Assembly (NCBI RefSeq): GCF_009914755.1
Contig: NC_060930.1
Reading direction: 5' to 3' (one strand)
Origin: the human T2T-CHM13v2.0 reference genome, Homo sapiens
Length of the DNA stretch: 64,000 nucleotides
The translations under genes and the position numbers were made by a program. Of the stretch, positions 60,588 to 64,000 are shown one piece after another. The notes under the pieces were generated by a model. The model was not told where the DNA came from and did no database searches. It saw only the letters and a list, made by a program, of their open reading frames with translations. Each line of letters opens with the position of its first letter. Within the stretch, counting starts at the first letter, position 1.

Positions 60588-61515
60588 ATGGTTAACCAAA
60601 GCTCCGCACCAGGCTTTCTCCTTCTGGGCTTCTCTGAACACCCAGCACTGGAAAGGACTCTCTTTGTAGTTGTCTTCACTTCCTACCTCCTAACCCCGGT
60701 GGACTCATCATCCTGCTGTCTGTGCTGGACCCCAGGCTCCACTCTCCAATGTACTTTTTCCTCTCCAACCTCTCCTTCTTGGACCTCTGTTTCACCATAA
60801 GTTGTGTCCCCGGGATGCTGGTCAACCTCTGGGAGCCAAAGAAGACCATCATCTTACTGGGCTGCTCTGTCCAGTTCTTCATCTTCCTGTCCCTGGGGAC
60901 CACTGAGTGCATCCTCCTGACGGTGATGGCCTTTGACCGCTACATGGCTATCTTCAAGCCCCTGCGCCATGCCACCATCGTCCACCTCTGCCTGTGCTGG
61001 CAGCTGGCATCTGTGGCCTGGGTCATTGGGCTGGTAGAGTCAGTGGTCCAGACACCATCCACCCTGCGCCTGCCTTTCTGCCCCCATCAGCAGGTGGATG
61101 ATTTTGTCTGTGAGGTCCCAGCTCTAATTCGACTCTCCTGTGAAGACACCTCCTACAATGAGATCCAGATGGCTGTTGCCAGTGTCTTCATCTTGGCTGT
61201 GCCTCAGCCTCATCCTTGTCTCTTATGGAGCCATTGCCTGGGCAGTGCTAAGGACTAACTGCAAAAGGGCAGAGGAAAGCTTTTGGGACCTGCTCCTCCC
61301 ATCTCACTGTGGTCACCCTCTTCTACAGCTCAGTCATTGCTGTCTACCTCCAGCCCAAAAATCCCTATGCCCAAGAGAGGGGCAAGTTCTTTGGTCTCTT
61401 CTATGCAGTGGGCACTCCTTCACTTAACCCTCTCATATACACCCTGAGGAACAAGGAGGTAACCAGGGCATTCAGGAGATTGCTGGCGAAGGAAATGGGG
61501 CTCATACAAAGTTGA
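60588..61515 (+). pseudogene. OR2H5P: Olfactory receptor 2H pseudogene
   Basis: MVNQSSAPGFLLLGFSEHP, LHSPMYFFL, MAFDRY and LNPLIYTLRN motifs in different frames; frameshifts near 60697, 61203 and 61260. Confidence 0.88.
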
Positions 61516-61912
61516 GGGAGAGCTGTTTAATGTGCTTTCTAAATTAAGAAGAAATTATTTATCCTTTTGTGAACAAGTTTGAGCTCCCAAGTATACTACC
61601 TTTCATACACCCATCACAGTGTTTACAATGGGTCACAGTATATGAGTGTGTGTGAGAGAGAGAAAGAGACAGAGAAAGACTAAGAGTCAGGTAAGAGGAG
61701 GTAGGTAACTTTAATTAACATCTAAAGCTCAAAAAGATTATCATACCTGCCCATTTTTAATATTTAATTTCTATATTTTTATTTTCTTTTCAATTTGGTT
61801 TTTAACTCTCTTCTCCCCTACAGGTTCTCCAAATGCACCATGCCTATTTCTGGTTATGTAACCCCTCTCCGATTGTTACATTATCATCATCATTTTACCA
61901 TCACTTGTGATT

Positions 61913-62281
<369 letters not shown>

Positions 62282-63844
62282 TGAGGTGGACTGACAGGAA
62301 GCTGACACTCAGAGAATTTAGTAATTTCACCCAAGAACACACAGCAATTTGTTAGACCTAAATTGAGATGCATATCTGTTAACTTACCAAGTGCATGCTG
62401 TTGGTTTTACACCATTATAAATATACCAACATCATTAGGATTTATACCCAAATGGGTTATCAGGCAGAAAACTCTATTTTTCCAGTCCTAGTAAGTTTTC
62501 TGATCATCCAGCTTTCCAGGGATCACAACACTAATCTCCTGCCAAATCCGGAAAATGTGCTCCCATTCCTGGAGATGATTTTCCTTTACCTCTTCTCAAC
62601 CTCTGCATGACAGTGACCATGAGGAGTTGTGAGTCTGCTCTTCAGTGGCTACACAGTGCTAACAGCTGTCCTGCATCCATTTTCTAGTGCAGTTCTGAAA
62701 TTCTGACCAACCTCTACTAGCCAGGCACAAACATGAAATCCAATTGTAAGTAATAAAGTGCTGCAATGGAGCCTGGATGGAGCAAGGGCCTCAGAAAAAA
62801 GGGAGCAGCAGTGTAAGCCCCAACTTCTATGAAATCTTATTTCCTTTTTCAAGTTGATCTACATTCATTACATTCTCAAAGCCTCACATGAATGGAATGG
62901 AGAGTGTGATGGAAAAATCTGTTTAGAACTGAACCATTCTCTCCTCTTTCCTGTCAGGAAAGAGGTTATGCTGTGATAACAATACCAATCCTCAGTGACT
63001 TGAAACAGCATAGGTTTATTTCTTGCTGCTGCTGCATGCCCATTGTCATCCAACCAGAGGTTCTGCCTTGTCATCTTCACCCAAAGATGTGGACTGACAG
63101 AACACCCACCATCTCAAACACTCCTAGGTGCTGGGAAAGGAGGAAATAATAAGCATGACAAATGGCAAACTAGCACTTAGTTTCCAATCGGAAGTGGCAT
63201 AACACTTTGACTCATTGGTCATTTGCCAAAGCAAATCTCATGGCTACATATAACTTCAAGGTGAGGGGAAATAAACCAATCATGTGGCAGGAAAGGGAAC
63301 CAGAAATATTTGGTGGATGATATGAATGACTACTAACTGGCTCTTTGCCTCCAGTCTTGACCGATTGAAATTGATTATCCATGTTGAACCAGAGTAATCA
63401 TTCCAAAATACAAATTTGAATATGTTACTCCCTTAGCCAAAAATAATATATAGACTCCCCCTGCAATAAAATGTGGAGCCCAAACTCCTAGATCGGGTTC
63501 CTGTTTTCCAGACTTTACCATCCCCACCTCCTAAGGCTCAACCACCTAGAATCCTGCAAGTTCACACAACTACCTGCAAGTGCAAGTGTATGAACCACAC
63601 CAGGCTCTCTGCCACCTTTAGCCTTTGAACGTGCTCCTCCCTCTCTTTGGAAGACTCTCCCCTCCAGCTCCTCTCTACCACCAACAAAAAGCACTTCCCA
63701 TGAAGTAACAGGATCTTTTTAATTGTCTACCTCTCAAAGTACACAGTAAGGAAAGTGAGGGTCAGGGTTTTGGCTCACTTATCCTTATACTCTTAGTGCC
63801 TGGCATAGTATCTGGCACAGTAGGTATGTAATGAATATTTATTA

Positions 63845-64000
63845 CAGTCACCCCTCAGTATCCCCAGGGAATTAGTTCCAGGACACCCCTCAGATACCAA
63901 AATCTGCAGATGCTGAAGTCCCAAAGTTGACCTTGCAGAACTCACAAATACAAAAAGTCGGTTCTCACATCCATGAGTTTAGCATCCTGAGAATATTGTA
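63845..64000. mobile_element. MER8/MER2-like Tigger-family DNA transposon (runs off the window)
   Basis: TA|CAGTCACCCCTCAGTATCC..GTTCCAGGAC..GATACCAAAATC. Confidence 0.7.

Overview
This is human genomic DNA, recognisable as the extended MHC class I / olfactory-receptor region of chr6p22. It contains: (i) a decayed, intron-containing TBC1D3/USP6/USP6NL-family (Tre-2/TBC) pseudogene at about 6.3-20.2 kb (+), missed by the ORF track, reconstructable exon by exon, and interrupted by nested ERVs; its 3' half probably corresponds to LINC01015; (ii) a MAS/MRG-like GPCR pseudogene (GPR53P, -); (iii) OR2I1P, which has an intact 315-aa olfactory receptor ORF once an ATG-AAG from an upstream exon is spliced on, and whose CDS is a CpG island; (iv) UBD/FAT10 (-, 2 exons, 165 aa, Ser160 allele), with a TATA/NF-kB/IRF promoter and flanking solo LTRs (LTR17, MER41, LTR10); the MER41 carries a GAS-kB-GAS composite; (v) the frameshifted OR2H5P. 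The rest is Alu, L1, L2, MaLR and DNA-transposon sequence. Repeat subfamily and locus names come from my recall of consensus sequences and gene order, not from a database search.
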